From: Bigelowiella natans CCMP2755
Lineage: Eukaryota > Protista > Cercozoa
Reading direction: 5' to 3'
NCBI GenBank assembly: GCA_000320545.1
Contig: ADNK01000606.1
Coordinates: 1-52,868, forward strand
DNA length: 52,868 bases
Every line of letters begins with the position of its first letter. Position 1 is the stretch's first letter. Positions 40,581-52,868 of this stretch are shown piece by piece. Made by a program: the position numbers and the translations under genes. A model generated the notes under the pieces. The model worked only from the letters and a program-made list of their open reading frames with translations. It did not search any database and had not been told where the DNA came from.

Positions 40581-41334
40581 TAATAGCGCTTAATGTACGC
40601 ACGCAGTAGCAAGCCCGCTGAGCGGAATGTATGACCGAGGTGTGATGATAACTGGATTTATGCATATTATTGTACATGACGCGATGCCATGGCTGCCATG
40701 TGTTGAGTAGTTATTGCTTGCGTTGTCGTCGTCGGCGCTGGCATCTGCGTATACACATGTACATTGTATGTGCTACGGCATTATTAGTGCCAGCAACGAA
40801 GGAGTGTGTACTGTAGTGCTGTTTGTTACAGAATAACACTAGTCAGTGCTAGCTGTGCCGTGTGGAGTCGCTCGCCAGGCCAGTCATTTCATAGCGTAGC
40901 GAGCAGCCAATTTTTGCCCGCACCACACCGTCATATCACATTAGGCATGCATGCATGACGACGACCTAGCTAGCCTTGTACGCGACTCTATCGTCATTTG
41001 CGGCGACACGACAAATGGCGATTTACCACGCGTATGATACAAAGCTGTGCACACACAACACATTAATAAGGCTAGGTTTGTGATGTCCGTCCTACAACTT
41101 GATGAATTGCACAAATTGTGTGATTAAGTCATTGTCGGTGTTGTGTATTGAAAGTATCATGCAGACTTTTGAAGATGCGCCTTCATAAATGCTTAGTAGG
41201 CTTATTGTCTAAAGAGAACTTTCCCTACTTTTGTGTTTATTCACAAGGCATTATCCTTCTTTTCCACTCTCCCAGCCCCGACAACTTGGTCATATTTCCT
41301 GCGCAGATACAATTGAGTCTAGCCACTCTGTGTT

Positions 41335-41747
41335 TCAGCGTGTATGCATCTCTGCAGTCGTTTGGAGCGTATACTTTCTAGAGTGGAGGGACATCTCGTC
41401 GCCATTTATGCTCTCCATCTCAATGGATATAGTTATGCTGACAGCTAGTACATCAAAACCATTACCCGTCGCTGAGTGAATCGTTATCGAGCAGCGAGGC
41501 TTTTCCCTGTGGCATATCTTAGCATACACATGGACGTTATTCGCGCTCACACATCACGTTTACTATATGAAACCGTCCCGAATCAAGTCTCTATTTTCCT
41601 CTTTCTGCTACCTACCTGCCACAATCGCAGCGATCATTCGAGTAACGAGGGAGTCGCCGCACACATTCACAACCGTAACGGACCGATCCAATAACCAGTC
41701 AATCGCCTTTGTAAGCGGTGTAGTAGAAGAAATTGATAATTTACGCG

Positions 41748-41784
<37 letters not shown>

Positions 41785-42489
41785 ATATAGTATTCATAAA
41801 TCAATATTTGCCCCATGCTCGCATGTGTACATGTACGTGCGCGATCGTCTATCACATTAGTTTCCAGCTAAGCCGGCATGCACAGCAGATGCGATTTTCT
41901 CGGATGCCAGATCCAAAGGCCTCCCGCCCGACGACACCCAGTCATTTAGAGGAGAAGACATTTACCTGCAAGTATGCGACTTGATTCGGAATCTTTATCC
42001 CCGAGAAAACGGCCTCCCAGATTGTTACTATCATCACAAGCCCTGATGGTGGTTCGGGAGGAGGGGGAGAGGGGAGGAAGGAGGAGGAGGAGGAGGCGAA
42101 ATGATATGGAATCGCAATGAACACCGCTACTGCCAATCCTGTCGCTGTCTGCGCAACTGTCACCTGCGTTTGGGATGGGAGAGGCTCCGACCGCGCCAAC
42201 AGTAGACACTAGGAGAATTGTGAGAAGGGTGCCCGAAGTTACCTTTTCCACAGCCCAAAGTGAGTATGAATATGTCGCAAGGAGATCAGTCCAAGATGAA
42301 AGGATATGAGGGGGGGGGGAGGAGCTCGCCGACGATGCCAAGTTTTTGGCTCTTGCGAAAGTTTTATCTTTTCCAAACAGGATGGTCCTCGTCGGGTCAG
42401 AACGTGTTGTGCTCATCAAGTCTCCACATCAGCAAGAGAGTTAAATGTTGAACGTAGTCATCATGAGACGAGATGTGCGCATCAAGTAC

Positions 42490-42528
<39 letters not shown>

Positions 42529-42931
42529 GCACACACACATATAACATACATCTAAAATACGCACACATACAGAATATCGTAGAAACGGAAATTTAATTCG
42601 CAATTGACCTCGTCCGCCATCCCCGAAGTATCCGCGAGGAACACCATGCAGGCTGGGAAGTAAATCGCGCTCCCGTCCATGTTGATCGTCGCGCCTACAG
42701 AGGACGACGAGCCAGCAGAATCAGAAGCAAATGTGTAAAACCCAGCAGCCACGACGACGAGCAAGAAAACAAGCAATGCTAGAATCCTTGCTTTCATGAA
42801 AGTAGGTTGCTATCGTGATGAGTGCAAAGACGCCCAGTAAACAAAGAAATGGGAGGGAAGGATAAGGGAGTAAATTGATTGGACAAACGCTCCCCGGCTC
42901 TCAGTAACGACGACTAATATTTTAGTGTCTA

Positions 42932-42976
<45 letters not shown>

Positions 42977-43934
42977 CCAAACCTAGCGAGAGCACAAACT
43001 TAGCGACGGAGCTCGGAACTTCGCCCGTCGCTTCAACGCACTGCGTGGTCACCGGTAGCGTGGCACCTGAGTTCGGTTGGAATCAGAACCCGCAGTGTAT
43101 CCGCAGTAGTACAACGTGCATTTAATGACAAAAGGAAAAGACCCAGCACCTGAGCTTGCACACCCGAACGCGAAAGTGTAGGCTGGAAGACACCTGATGA
43201 TGAAATATCGATTTGAGTCGGATGTGAAGGGGGGGTGGTAGAGGTTGGGAGGCATGGATGGCGCGACGAGAGGACGCCTCCAATGCCCTTTACATGCGGC
43301 ATCTGTGTTGGCTAATACTTTGCCATATAGGTGTAAGGGTTTTCGCGCACGAAGAAGAAGTAGAGCGCCGGTAGCATCACAAGCGCGTGGAATGCGTGCC
43401 CGACAAGAACTGCGACCACCTGGTGTGAGGGGAAGGAATGAGGGGATTTATCACGCTGGTGGGGGAAGCCAAATGAATCGCCATCACGAGTTGCAAGACT
43501 GTATACCACTTATGCACAGGCACGTACGCAACCACCATCACGGCATCTTTTGTGTGTAAGCAATCGCGGAGCGTATTTGTTGCTAATTTGCCATTTTATC
43601 GTTGACAGCAGCAGCAGGTCGGTGCTAAGATAGTACCAGAACGCCTACGTTCTGCAGTAAGTCCACAAGATTCGAGGCAGCAGAGAGTGCTCCAGCAATC
43701 ATGAAGAACACCGCATACGGCGCTAGTCGTATGATAATCTTCACCATACTCTGCGCACACAAAGGGAAGGAGAAAGAGAAAGAGAAAGAGAACGAGAGAC
43801 AAATATGTATAAGTTCTCAAAACTAAAGACGTCATCTTTCGTAGTAAAAAGTAAATAATATATAAAAATTAATTTTTTATAATATTTTTTTTGGGACATA
43901 TTGACAAATTCCGAAGTCATTGTTGTTTGTAAAT

Positions 43935-44004
<70 letters not shown>

Positions 44005-44241
44005 TTGGCAGCCGCTGCCCTACTCTTTCCGTGTCTCACAACGCTGATGACAACGACGAAGATAATAGCGGCTCAGTCACAGGTTTTACCTGAAGGATCT
44101 CATTGAGCTGGTCGAAAAGACTCAAGACTTTATTTTCTCTTCCTTTTCCGACTTTGTTTTGGATATTAGCAACCCCTCAATTAGTTTATGGGATTCAAAG
44201 CGGGTAGACAAAAAGAGAGGCATTCACATACAACACGCACA

Positions 44242-44297
<56 letters not shown>

Positions 44298-44529
44298 ACA
44301 ATAGCAACTTATTTATAATGTGGAGCCACCCTTGAGTGTGGAAGCGAAGAAGCCGAAGAAGACTGCAAAGACGATCACCGACAGCACGTCTGGTGTCGTC
44401 AAGGCCTAATAATCATGATATTTTGCGATCAATATCAGCACAAAGCCCTTAGGATTGATATCAAAGGAGGCTTAGCAGGTGGTTAGTTTGTGAAAAGTGG
44501 AGTCTCAAGAAGGAAGTTTGGCTAGACTA

Positions 44530-44569
<40 letters not shown>

Positions 44570-46315
44570 GTCGTGATGTCGTCTGCCATGTACACCTGGA
44601 AGATATTATCCGTGCAAATCGACTCGAATATCCCTACATATGGAAGCAAAGCAAGTAACGAGACACACACAAATCCATGCATTGGAGAAACGAACGCTAA
44701 ATGAAAACGCTTCATATGAGAAAGAACAGGATGCATGCTCCCTCCTTTCGAATTCGTCTCTTTTCCTTTCTTCCCCTCTTGGTCTCCTTCCCTCGCTGTC
44801 TCTTCCTGATCTCTTTTCCTATATACTATATCTTACTCTCCTTATTGTATTATTACTACTATGACGACGACGACAACACACCGATGATAGTTTGACTTAT
44901 TGTCCTCTTCGGAAGCTCGGAAGTGAGAAATAATTTGCCAGACTATATGGAAGAAAGAGGTTGATGGCCACGGCGAATTTCAACAATAAACGTTCACCAC
45001 TCATAGAGTGCACGTGATACGATGCATGCAGGATCCTCATTCGAAAGCACTCAAAAACGCTACCGCTATCGAAGTTTCAAAGTCACGGTTCCCGAGACCG
45101 CCACATGTAAGAGTCCCATTTGCCTGCGCAACAAGAACATCACAACACAAATAACTCAATTGGAACGAGAAGCGAAGCCAGACAGAAATGCTGCATGTGC
45201 GTCATTGATGCGCGATATACATACCCCTTCAGCTATGTAGTCGCCATCACTGCATTTGAAGCTTAGCTTCGTTCCCTCTTCATCGTCCAACTTGATAGGC
45301 TTGAACAAGCCGCGGAAGATGAGAATGCAAACCAGACCCTCCACACATGCAAGCACCTTTTGTTGCGATTTAGTGTCAGCGAGGGGAATAGGGTTGGAAT
45401 GAGACAGCTTTAACGGTCTCAGCTCTGTTTACAACGCTTTGAAAGATCTCGATTTTGCAAACTAGCTTGGGTGTTAGCGTGACTTTCTTAGTCTTACTGT
45501 GGTCACGGAGTAGAGCGCGAAAGTGCGTGTGCCGATGACACCCTGTTGCCCTAGCTCGGACAAATCAGCTACTCCCATCACCATGTTGCAAAATATCTGC
45601 GTGGATCACGCACATAATCATGACTGCCTTTTAAAATAGACTTCTTCTTGCATTGTTGGACTATCTCACGCGGAAAGCGGGTGTACATGCAATGTTCCAT
45701 TCGACAGGGTAGACGAGATGAATAATAGCGTTGGCTTCTACCATTGGAATAACAAGGCACTTGAGCATGCGGAGAAATAAAGATCCTGGTAGGGACACCC
45801 AATCGCTAAGTGCAGTATAGTAACAGACGTAATAAGTGACCCAAAGACAGAAGATCTTTTCCTAATACAATTGTAAATTTATAGCATAGATGGTATGGGT
45901 ATACTTACACAACGCTCTCGCTAGCCTCTGCAGAGTTGAGAATGATCCCAAAGACTATCCCAACCACGCTGACAAATCAGATCAAACATCTTTAAAAAGA
46001 GCAAGCGTTTTCCAAGCACGAGTAGCATATGCCAAATAGTCCACATCACTCTTTTTACCTGAGAGAGATCAGAAGCGCTGTCTGCGACACTTCAAAACCA
46101 CACACGTTGTATGTATCATCCTTTTCCTCCATTTCGCCTGGTTGCATCCCGGATTCCAGAGATGCGCGGAGGGCTGCCGCGCCAGAAATCCTTGTCACAG
46201 AGATGCGATCGTTCCGGGGTGGAGGGGGAGGAATGTCGATGTCGTTCTCAAAAGAGGAGACTCTTTGCCCCCCTGCGGCATTGATGTTGCCAAAAGCAAC
46301 CTTCGACTCGTCCAT
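41335..46315 (-). CDS. SLC1/DAACS family (dicarboxylate/amino acid:cation symporter) transporter
   Basis: LPGSLFLRMLKCLVIPM, DNIFQA, AFGCASSGATLPVT, VLSLGATINMDGSAIY, VGASPIPNAGLV and AIDWLLDRSVTVVNVCGD lie in phase-consistent exons. Both termini are approximate. Confidence 0.93.
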
Positions 46316-46751
46316 CGATTTCTGCTCAGCACAGCTCGCCTTCCGAAGATTTGTTGGGTAGGACTGATGTCAGTTGGAAACCGTTGAGAGTTGATCCGCG
46401 GAAAATATCAGACTGAACGCAAATCTAAGGTTATTTACCGATTGCGACAATGAAAAGTTGTACGCAGTGAGAATTTCGAAATGATCTCGCCATTGTGCAA
46501 ATATCGGATGTTAAAGAAATACTTGTATGTATGTCCAGTGTGTTTGTTTCTGTTGAAACAGTGGGCAGAAAAGTCAAGCGACAATGCTTTCCAAGAAATA
46601 ATTCCTCAGCTTCCCTCTTGTTCATTCTGTACGCACCCACGAGAAAAATCTCAAATGGTTTTTCCTAGTGTGCTACAAATTCTGTTCTGTGTCAACTCAT
46701 TTCACATGTCGCATTGTGAATTTAGTCGGGCTTTCTTTCCGAATCCTACAA

Positions 46752-46796
46752 TCCAAAACCTCCAAAACATCCAAAACCTCCAAAACCTCCAAAACC
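46752..46796. repeat. 9-bp tandem repeat (TCCAAAACC) x5
   Basis: Five direct copies, one with a C>A change, at the left edge of island 2. Confidence 0.9.
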
Positions 46797-46839
46797 TTCG
46801 GCTTTTCCTCCAAGCGTTCTCCCTCAAAAAGTTAGGCAA

Positions 46840-47775
46840 GAGTCAAACTCAGGATGGATGCTTTGCGTCGTCGTCATTTGGCTGCTAGTTGTGATGCATT
46901 CAATGTTCAGTTCGTGCCAATTTGCATGAACCCCGCTAGTTTGCTAGTCAGTCCTCACTGAGGCCAGTTCGAGGCACTGCATTTCGCACATTGCAAGTGT
47001 CTTGTCATGCTGGTTTGGAAGTGTGGTTTTTCGTCATTGTTCATCATTGTTCGTTGTCAAACCGTGCTAGCGTGGGAATTTCACACAAAGTGCACGTTTT
47101 GGAAAGCATTCGAATGAATCGTTTCTGCAAGGGGACGTGTTTGGTGAAGAGTGCTTGTCTTTCAATGTTTTCGTTCTCTGTCTAGCTGTGGCAACCTGCA
47201 ACTGAAAGGCTTGAGATTGTGGACAAGCAAGGAATCAAAGTGCGACACACAAACATTGATTCCGATTCACACTGAGCCGTTCTGCTTGCTTGCAGCTTCA
47301 CTCAGCACTTTGATCATGACCTGCTGTGTCATTTCGAAATCATCGCGAAAATGGGAGCACTGAACGATGTCCTGAGATGTTTTTCACTTTGTCTGGACAT
47401 GCATGCTCCCAAAAGCACAACTGCAAGTGCGTGCAACGTGCAAACCACAACTCATGCAAACAACTGCGTCCATGAATTTCAACAAACCCACGCTGCATGA
47501 ACCGGAAAATGCATGGTCTAGTGATGCTCATTGCTGCATGGCAACCCACTAGACCTAGCCATGCTGGCATGCTAGCATGTGTTGCAAACCCAATCGTTCA
47601 TGGGCATGCCATGATGAACGGCATTGCACATGATACGCGCGGCACATTGCTAGATTGCACATCGTGAAATGTGAATTTTGTTTTCCAGCTCTGCGAAGTT
47701 GAGACCTTTTCTAGTTTTCGCGCTCACGTCTAGACGTGTTGTGCAGAATGTCACGAACAGCATGCTAGCATGTGC
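46840..47775. other. TpA-depleted, CTAG-retaining compositional island 2 (possible decayed element)
   Basis: Hand count: 14 TA dinucleotides in ~935 nt, 13 of them in CTAG. No recognisable intact gene. Confidence 0.9.
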
Positions 47776-48235
47776 GATGTATCCAGAATTGTCATTTTGA
47801 GGGTTTTAGCCGAATGCGAGAAATCTGAACCATCAAATGGCGAATTGTCATCTTGCAAATTGCAAAAGGCAAATGGCAACATGGATGCAAATTGAGTAAC
47901 TTCATTGTCGCTTGGGGACGGATGACACGATGGAACAGATGAAATGAACACGAGATGAGTATGTAAATTAAAAAACAAATCGGTTTTAATTCGTCCCCTA
48001 GCAGGTCTGGATTTCTTCATAAATAACATATTGCTGTATGTCGAATATCATTTCTGATTGCAGCAATGTGGATCTGGTCCTTCTTCGGCATTAATGTTGC
48101 GAGTGTTTGGTAATTATGAACATGAAATTCAGAACGAAAAATATTAAGCAAAGCTGAGCGAAGGATAAGAGTCAGTATGGAAGTGAGTAGTTAAGTGAAA
48201 TGGCCCATTCTGGAAATATGATGTAGAAAGAAGAT

Positions 48236-50008
48236 TTAGTTGTCGTCTTCATTCTCCGTGACAATAATCTTCGCAAACGAACGTTTGTGCTTTTTACGAT
48301 TGGGAGGATCCCTAGTAAGATCTATTGCTAACGGCCTTGCATCAGAGTTCTTCCGTTCAAGTGACTCACAGCGTGACAATTTATCTTCTCTCGCTGACTT
48401 TCGACTGCTGGTGTACAATTGGAAGTTGTTGAGTTGAGGAAGTCGATCTTCGGCGAAGTTGGAATCTAAAGCAAAGGTTGGACTCGCAGTCTGGCGCTTC
48501 AAGGATATGGCTGACTTTCTCCTTCCCCCTCGTCTCTGCAAGCTCCTTCGCCTTCCTCTATACACCTCTCCCTGAATATGATTGTGCGACTGCGATTGCC
48601 GAATTGATCTTGGAGATCCCAATGTTGAGGTTGTTGCATGGCGAGGAAACCGCTGCTCCTGAGAATAATAATAGGTTTGTCGGCCTCGGGGTGACTGTTG
48701 ATTTGCCGTTGGAGAAGCTGGACTCTTGGACGACAGTTTCAGGAAAGCCTGAATTCGGACTTTTATTGCATGGTGAAGTCTACCGCAGCGAAAGTACACC
48801 GCGCCGGTGTACGGATCCCATTGCCAGAAGAAAGAAAAAGAGGTGCAGGCCACTCCGATTGTGACGATGATGCACACATAAAGCTCGAGAGCAGTGAAAG
48901 TAAATACCTCAGTTTCAATGACCGCTTCCCATTTTGAGTTGTAAGGGTATTGAAATTCGAGGACAGAAAGCACACGCTCATTTTCATCTATACCCCACTC
49001 GCTGGTGGTATTAGTACTTGGCAGTTTCCATGCGACAATGGCTCTTTTCCCTTCGATCACTGGCCGTGATCCACTTACTTTGAGCTCAACGTAATTTGTT
49101 TCGGTTGTACTGGTAAAGATACTCGTAGTTTGACGCTGGCGAACGGAGGCATGTATTGAATGTACAATGTTCCAAGAGTCAATGGTCACCTGATGCAAAG
49201 GATAAGCAAGCTGACCCTCCACAAATGGTCTTCGTGTTTTGCTTGTTCCCATTAGATAAAGCCGTGTGCACAAGTTGCTCCGTTTGAGGCCCGCGGAGGA
49301 GGCATTTTTCCAGCCAATTACGATTTGCAACGTATGAAGCTGATCTTGCCTTCTTTTATTAATTCTTTGGAGGTTTTCGTTCTCGAAGGGATTCAGAGTC
49401 CAACATTGCGAGAAAGTGATATCGCTATGCTTGTTTGTAGCAACCAAAAGTTCAAGCTCAGAATCTGAAGAATTTGACAGCGGTTCATACCCACTAAAAT
49501 TTCTAAAACCCCTCCCAGCCGACTTTTTAATAGTCTTAACTCTCTGTACTGCCCCATGATACACAACTCTACCATTCCTATTATTGTTAAGAAAAGGCAT
49601 ATCAGGTGAACGACACATCTGTTTTTCTCCGCCCTCGTCGCGGCCGTATTTGCTAAGACAGAGACCAACAGTAAAAGCGGGGATCTCATTGAGAGTTCTG
49701 TAGGACGTAGATGATAGTGGATGCTGCTGGGAGTACTGATACTGGCCGATGCTCCAAGTAATGCCAATTTTCAATATCGAAACCGCGAGGCCGATCGTCA
49801 TGAACATTACTACCCATTCACGCCATCCATCTATGAGGAATGAGCACCAGCATCTTTTCTTGATAGCATCTAAGATACTATTACACCATCTACGATACTG
49901 AGAAGAGGTCTCATCAAGGTTTAAAGGCGGTTGGATCATCCCTGAGATTCGAGCTGTCGTATCCATATCAAGAATTATTACACGATCTTCAGATATGCAG
50001 TCAGTCAT
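48236..50008 (-). CDS. Two-TM membrane protein with a large extracellular loop, DEG/ENaC/ASIC- or PAC(TMEM206)-like architecture
   Basis: Uninterrupted 590-aa ORF. TM1 WVVMFMTIGLAVSILKIGITW is followed by LNEIPAFTVGLC (cf. ENaC FPAVT.C). A ~290-aa loop with Cys and N-glycosylation sequons precedes TEVFTFTALELYVCIIVTIGVACTSFSFFW (TM2), then an S/R-rich tail. The family call is low confidence; the ORF itself is well supported. Confidence 0.6.
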   Translation of the reverse strand: MTDCISEDRVIILDMDTTARISGMIQPPLNLDETSSQYRRWCNSILDAIKKRCWCSFLIDGWREWVVMFMTIGLAVSILKIGITWSIGQYQYSQQHPLSSTSYRTLNEIPAFTVGLCLSKYGRDEGGEKQMCRSPDMPFLNNNRNGRVVYHGAVQRVKTIKKSAGRGFRNFSGYEPLSNSSDSELELLVATNKHSDITFSQCWTLNPFENENLQRINKRRQDQLHTLQIVIGWKNASSAGLKRSNLCTRLYLMGTSKTRRPFVEGQLAYPLHQVTIDSWNIVHSIHASVRQRQTTSIFTSTTETNYVELKVSGSRPVIEGKRAIVAWKLPSTNTTSEWGIDENERVLSVLEFQYPYNSKWEAVIETEVFTFTALELYVCIIVTIGVACTSFSFFWQWDPYTGAVYFRCGRLHHAIKVRIQAFLKLSSKSPASPTANQQSPRGRQTYYYSQEQRFPRHATTSTLGSPRSIRQSQSHNHIQGEVYRGRRRSLQRRGGRRKSAISLKRQTASPTFALDSNFAEDRLPQLNNFQLYTSSRKSAREDKLSRCESLERKNSDARPLAIDLTRDPPNRKKHKRSFAKIIVTENEDDN

Positions 50009-50662
50009 GCTTTTGGATGAGTTAAAACGGCACCCATTCTCCTATACTTACATCGAGGGACGCTGGCAATTGAATGTTTGGTCTACGATTGATTGTGGTC
50101 GTTCCAAGCATGCCACCTCTTACGCGATCCCCAAGGTGATGTAAGATATTGTGCGACGTAGTGCGGAGGAACTACCTATCTCACTTGGACGACTTGGCCG
50201 AATAGCATGTCGCATGGAAGAAATCGTTGTCATTTCACTAGAATTCTTTTCGCTTCCGAGTGTGTAAAGATCCTTCCTGACAGATGATCCGCTCTATGTC
50301 AACTCGAAAAAAAGGCGATCCGATTCTTGTCCTGCGACTTCACAACAACTACGCAACAACTTTCGGAGCGCAGCTCTTCAAAATCAGCCCAGCCTTTTGA
50401 CGCAAGAGCATCGGTTCTCTGTCGTATGTGATTTATGACAGGCAAGTTTTCAGGAACAGCTGTCCGATGGAACATTTTTTCTTGGAACATTTACCATGCT
50501 CTTCCTTCTTAAGGAGGTTTTGTTACAGAGTTGGAAGGATTTCCTAGGATTTCCGGGGATATTTGTCCTGCGACAATGTCCTTTTTAAAAAAAAATCGCT
50601 GAAAGAATATTTTTGCGCGGGAAGACCTTTTTGTCTTCCGGCCCTCATCATTCGGTTCGAAG

Positions 50663-50818
50663 ATGGCGGCGCCCACCGGCGAGTCTTCCGACGAAGCTGC
50701 CATCAAGTTCCCTTTCCCCTTCACCCCGTATAATGTGCAGCAGCGTCTCATGACTCAAATTTTCCAAGTGATGGATCAATCGGATGATCGCCGCAGAGGT
50801 GATTTTTGCATACTTTTC

Positions 50819-50864
<46 letters not shown>

Positions 50865-51730
50865 TAAATGTTCTCCTCATGCTTGCTACAATTGCAGCGG
50901 ACCCCGAAGCGCCAGCATGTGTCGGAATCTTCGAATCGCCGACCGGAACAGGTTAGTGCATTCTATGAAAAGATAGTAGAAAACCGAGAAAACTGATGAT
51001 GTTTCCTGTCTTTTTTGTTGTAACGAACACTGCTCCATCATAACCACGAAGGCAAGTCTCTGTCGATCCTCTGCAGCTCGCTACACTGGCTTCTAAATAG
51101 CTACCCCACCAAGCGACGGCGCTCACTCGAAGACGAAGGGTGCAGTCCCAGTGAGGAGGGCAGCAGCAGCAGCAGCAGTAAGCAGCAGAACAGCTCTTCC
51201 GGATCTGATTGGGTAGCCGCCTTCCAGCGACAGCAGCAGCTCAGCGAATTCCAAGACGCAGAGCGCGATAAGGCCGAGTTGCTGGAGAAGATGCGTGTGC
51301 GAGCGAAGATACATGCCAAGCAACTACGCAGTGGTGGTGACAGCAGCAATAGCGCCGTGTCATCCTTTCTCGGAGGGGGGAGGAAGAAGATGATCCACAA
51401 GACCTTGTCTAATGGTGACGAGGAGGGAGGCGAGATCGGCGTTAAAAGGAAAAAACGCAAGAGAAAGGATGGGAGTCTACAGAAGGGCGAAGAAGAACGA
51501 TTTCTGCTCGACTTTCGGGACAACGACGTCACCGACCCCACACTCGGATCCATGCAGATTGATGATGAGGTGAAGGAGGAGAAGGATGACAATCAAAAGC
51601 GCCTCGATGGGGTGATTCTGTCACATGATGCTGCTGTGTGCATTTCTTCTTTTTAGACTTGAAGTAAATGTTCTTCAAATCATACGACTCATTACTCACT
51701 ACCACCGACACAGGAACCTCTGGCATTTTA

Positions 51731-51775
<45 letters not shown>

Positions 51776-52169
51776 AACATATAATATACATATATATTAT
51801 GTTTATATTACTCAACTATTACTCAACACATGGATTAGCATTTATGCATATCATATGAAGAACAAACTATTAGGTAGCAATTTAATATATATATATATAT
51901 ATATATATATTATACTATATATATAATATCGCTTTCTCTTTATCCCCTCCACCTCCTCCCCTTTCTTCTTCTTCTTCTTCTTCTTCTTCTTCTTCTTCTT
52001 CTTCTGCTTTTTTTAACATTACAGTTGTCAGAATGCCCCCAGATTATCTATTGCAGCCGAACGCACTCGCAACTGATACAGTTACGTACAATAAAACAAT
52101 TAGATAATGATCTTACAGGAGATTCTTATTTCCCCCTCTGCAATCTTCACCATTGATGTCTTCTTTTGT

Positions 52170-52216
<47 letters not shown>

Positions 52217-52498
52217 TCTCTCCTCTGTTTTCATGCCTTCTCCTTCCTCGCCCCTCCTCTCCCCTTCACATGCCCTCTACTCACTTTATGGCCATATCGA
52301 AAAGATTCTCGAGGGAGCTTCGAAAGACCTGCTTTGCCCCCCGGGCTCGCTGCGTGTCGCTTGGATCGCGGAAGAACTTGTGCATTAACCCATCGGTCAC
52401 ACGCTTAAGGTGTTGATTCGCCGTCGTAGTTGTCATAGACAACGATTATCAAATATGGTTGCGACGACGACGGTAGCGATGATGACGATGATGATGAC

Positions 52499-52532
<34 letters not shown>

Positions 52533-52868
52533 CGGTTGTTTCTGTGGTCCCATTTTAGCTGGAGGCTGCTGCTGTTCCCCTTCTTGTTTACCTCCTCTCT
52601 CCTCACCGTATCTTACTTCGTAAATCTCCTTCTGACCATCACCATCCCCCTCTCACCCCCTCCCCCCATCGCATGAACTACCTTGTTGTTCTTTTTCTTC
52701 TTCAGGAGCGTGGACATGATGAACGACCGTTGCTTGGAACTGAAGTCCGGGCCAGTGGCAAAGCGATGCCCCTTCCTTTCATGCCAGAAGCAAGCGGATT
52801 ACAGGTAGGTACGCCGTGTGAGTTGAGGTGGGAGAATGTTTATCCTGTAAGGAGGGGGGGGGGGGGGC
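50663..52868 (+). CDS. DDX11: DDX11/Chl1 Fe-S DNA helicase, 5' part (runs off the window)
   Basis: FPFPFTPYNVQ (Q motif), [24 protein letters not shown] (Walker A) and IIYCSRTHSQL. SLGSRKNLCINPSV, MNDRCLEL and CPF carry the Fe-S cysteines. Confidence 0.93.

Noticed and set aside
46752-46796. Telomere repeat or CRISPR array
   Set aside because: Only five internal 9-mers, with no spacers and no cas genes, in a eukaryotic context.
46840-47775. Classical RIP or CpG-methylation decay as the cause of the islands
   Set aside because: RIP raises TpA and CpG decay removes CpG. Here TpA is lost and CpG is retained.

Overview
Gene-dense eukaryotic (protist) nuclear DNA. Genes have many short exons, and the introns are packed with microsatellites, so most ORF-track entries are artefacts. 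Manual exon joining supports 12 protein genes: the 3' end of a P-type Ca2+-ATPase, a dual-specificity phosphatase, a 6-TM voltage-gated K+ channel with an N-terminal EF-hand-like pair, a syntaxin-7/PEP12-type SNARE, a four-qRRM hnRNP F/H-like protein, two hypothetical proteins, DPH6, PRMT3, an SLC1/DAACS transporter, a 2-TM DEG/ENaC/PAC-like protein, and the 5' part of DDX11/Chl1. The strongest unexplained signal is two ~1 kb islands (about 4100-5220 and 46840-47775). In these, TpA has almost vanished except inside CTAG, while TG/CA is abundant. This suggests a local TpA->TpG/CpA (A-to-G) hypermutation process, the mirror image of fungal RIP. Also notable: DPH6 has a bipartite signal+transit-like leader and an inserted ubiquitin-like domain. 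That leader would fit a periplastid-targeted enzyme of a secondary-plastid alga such as a chlorarachniophyte (inference only). All exon boundaries and counts were made by hand and are approximate.
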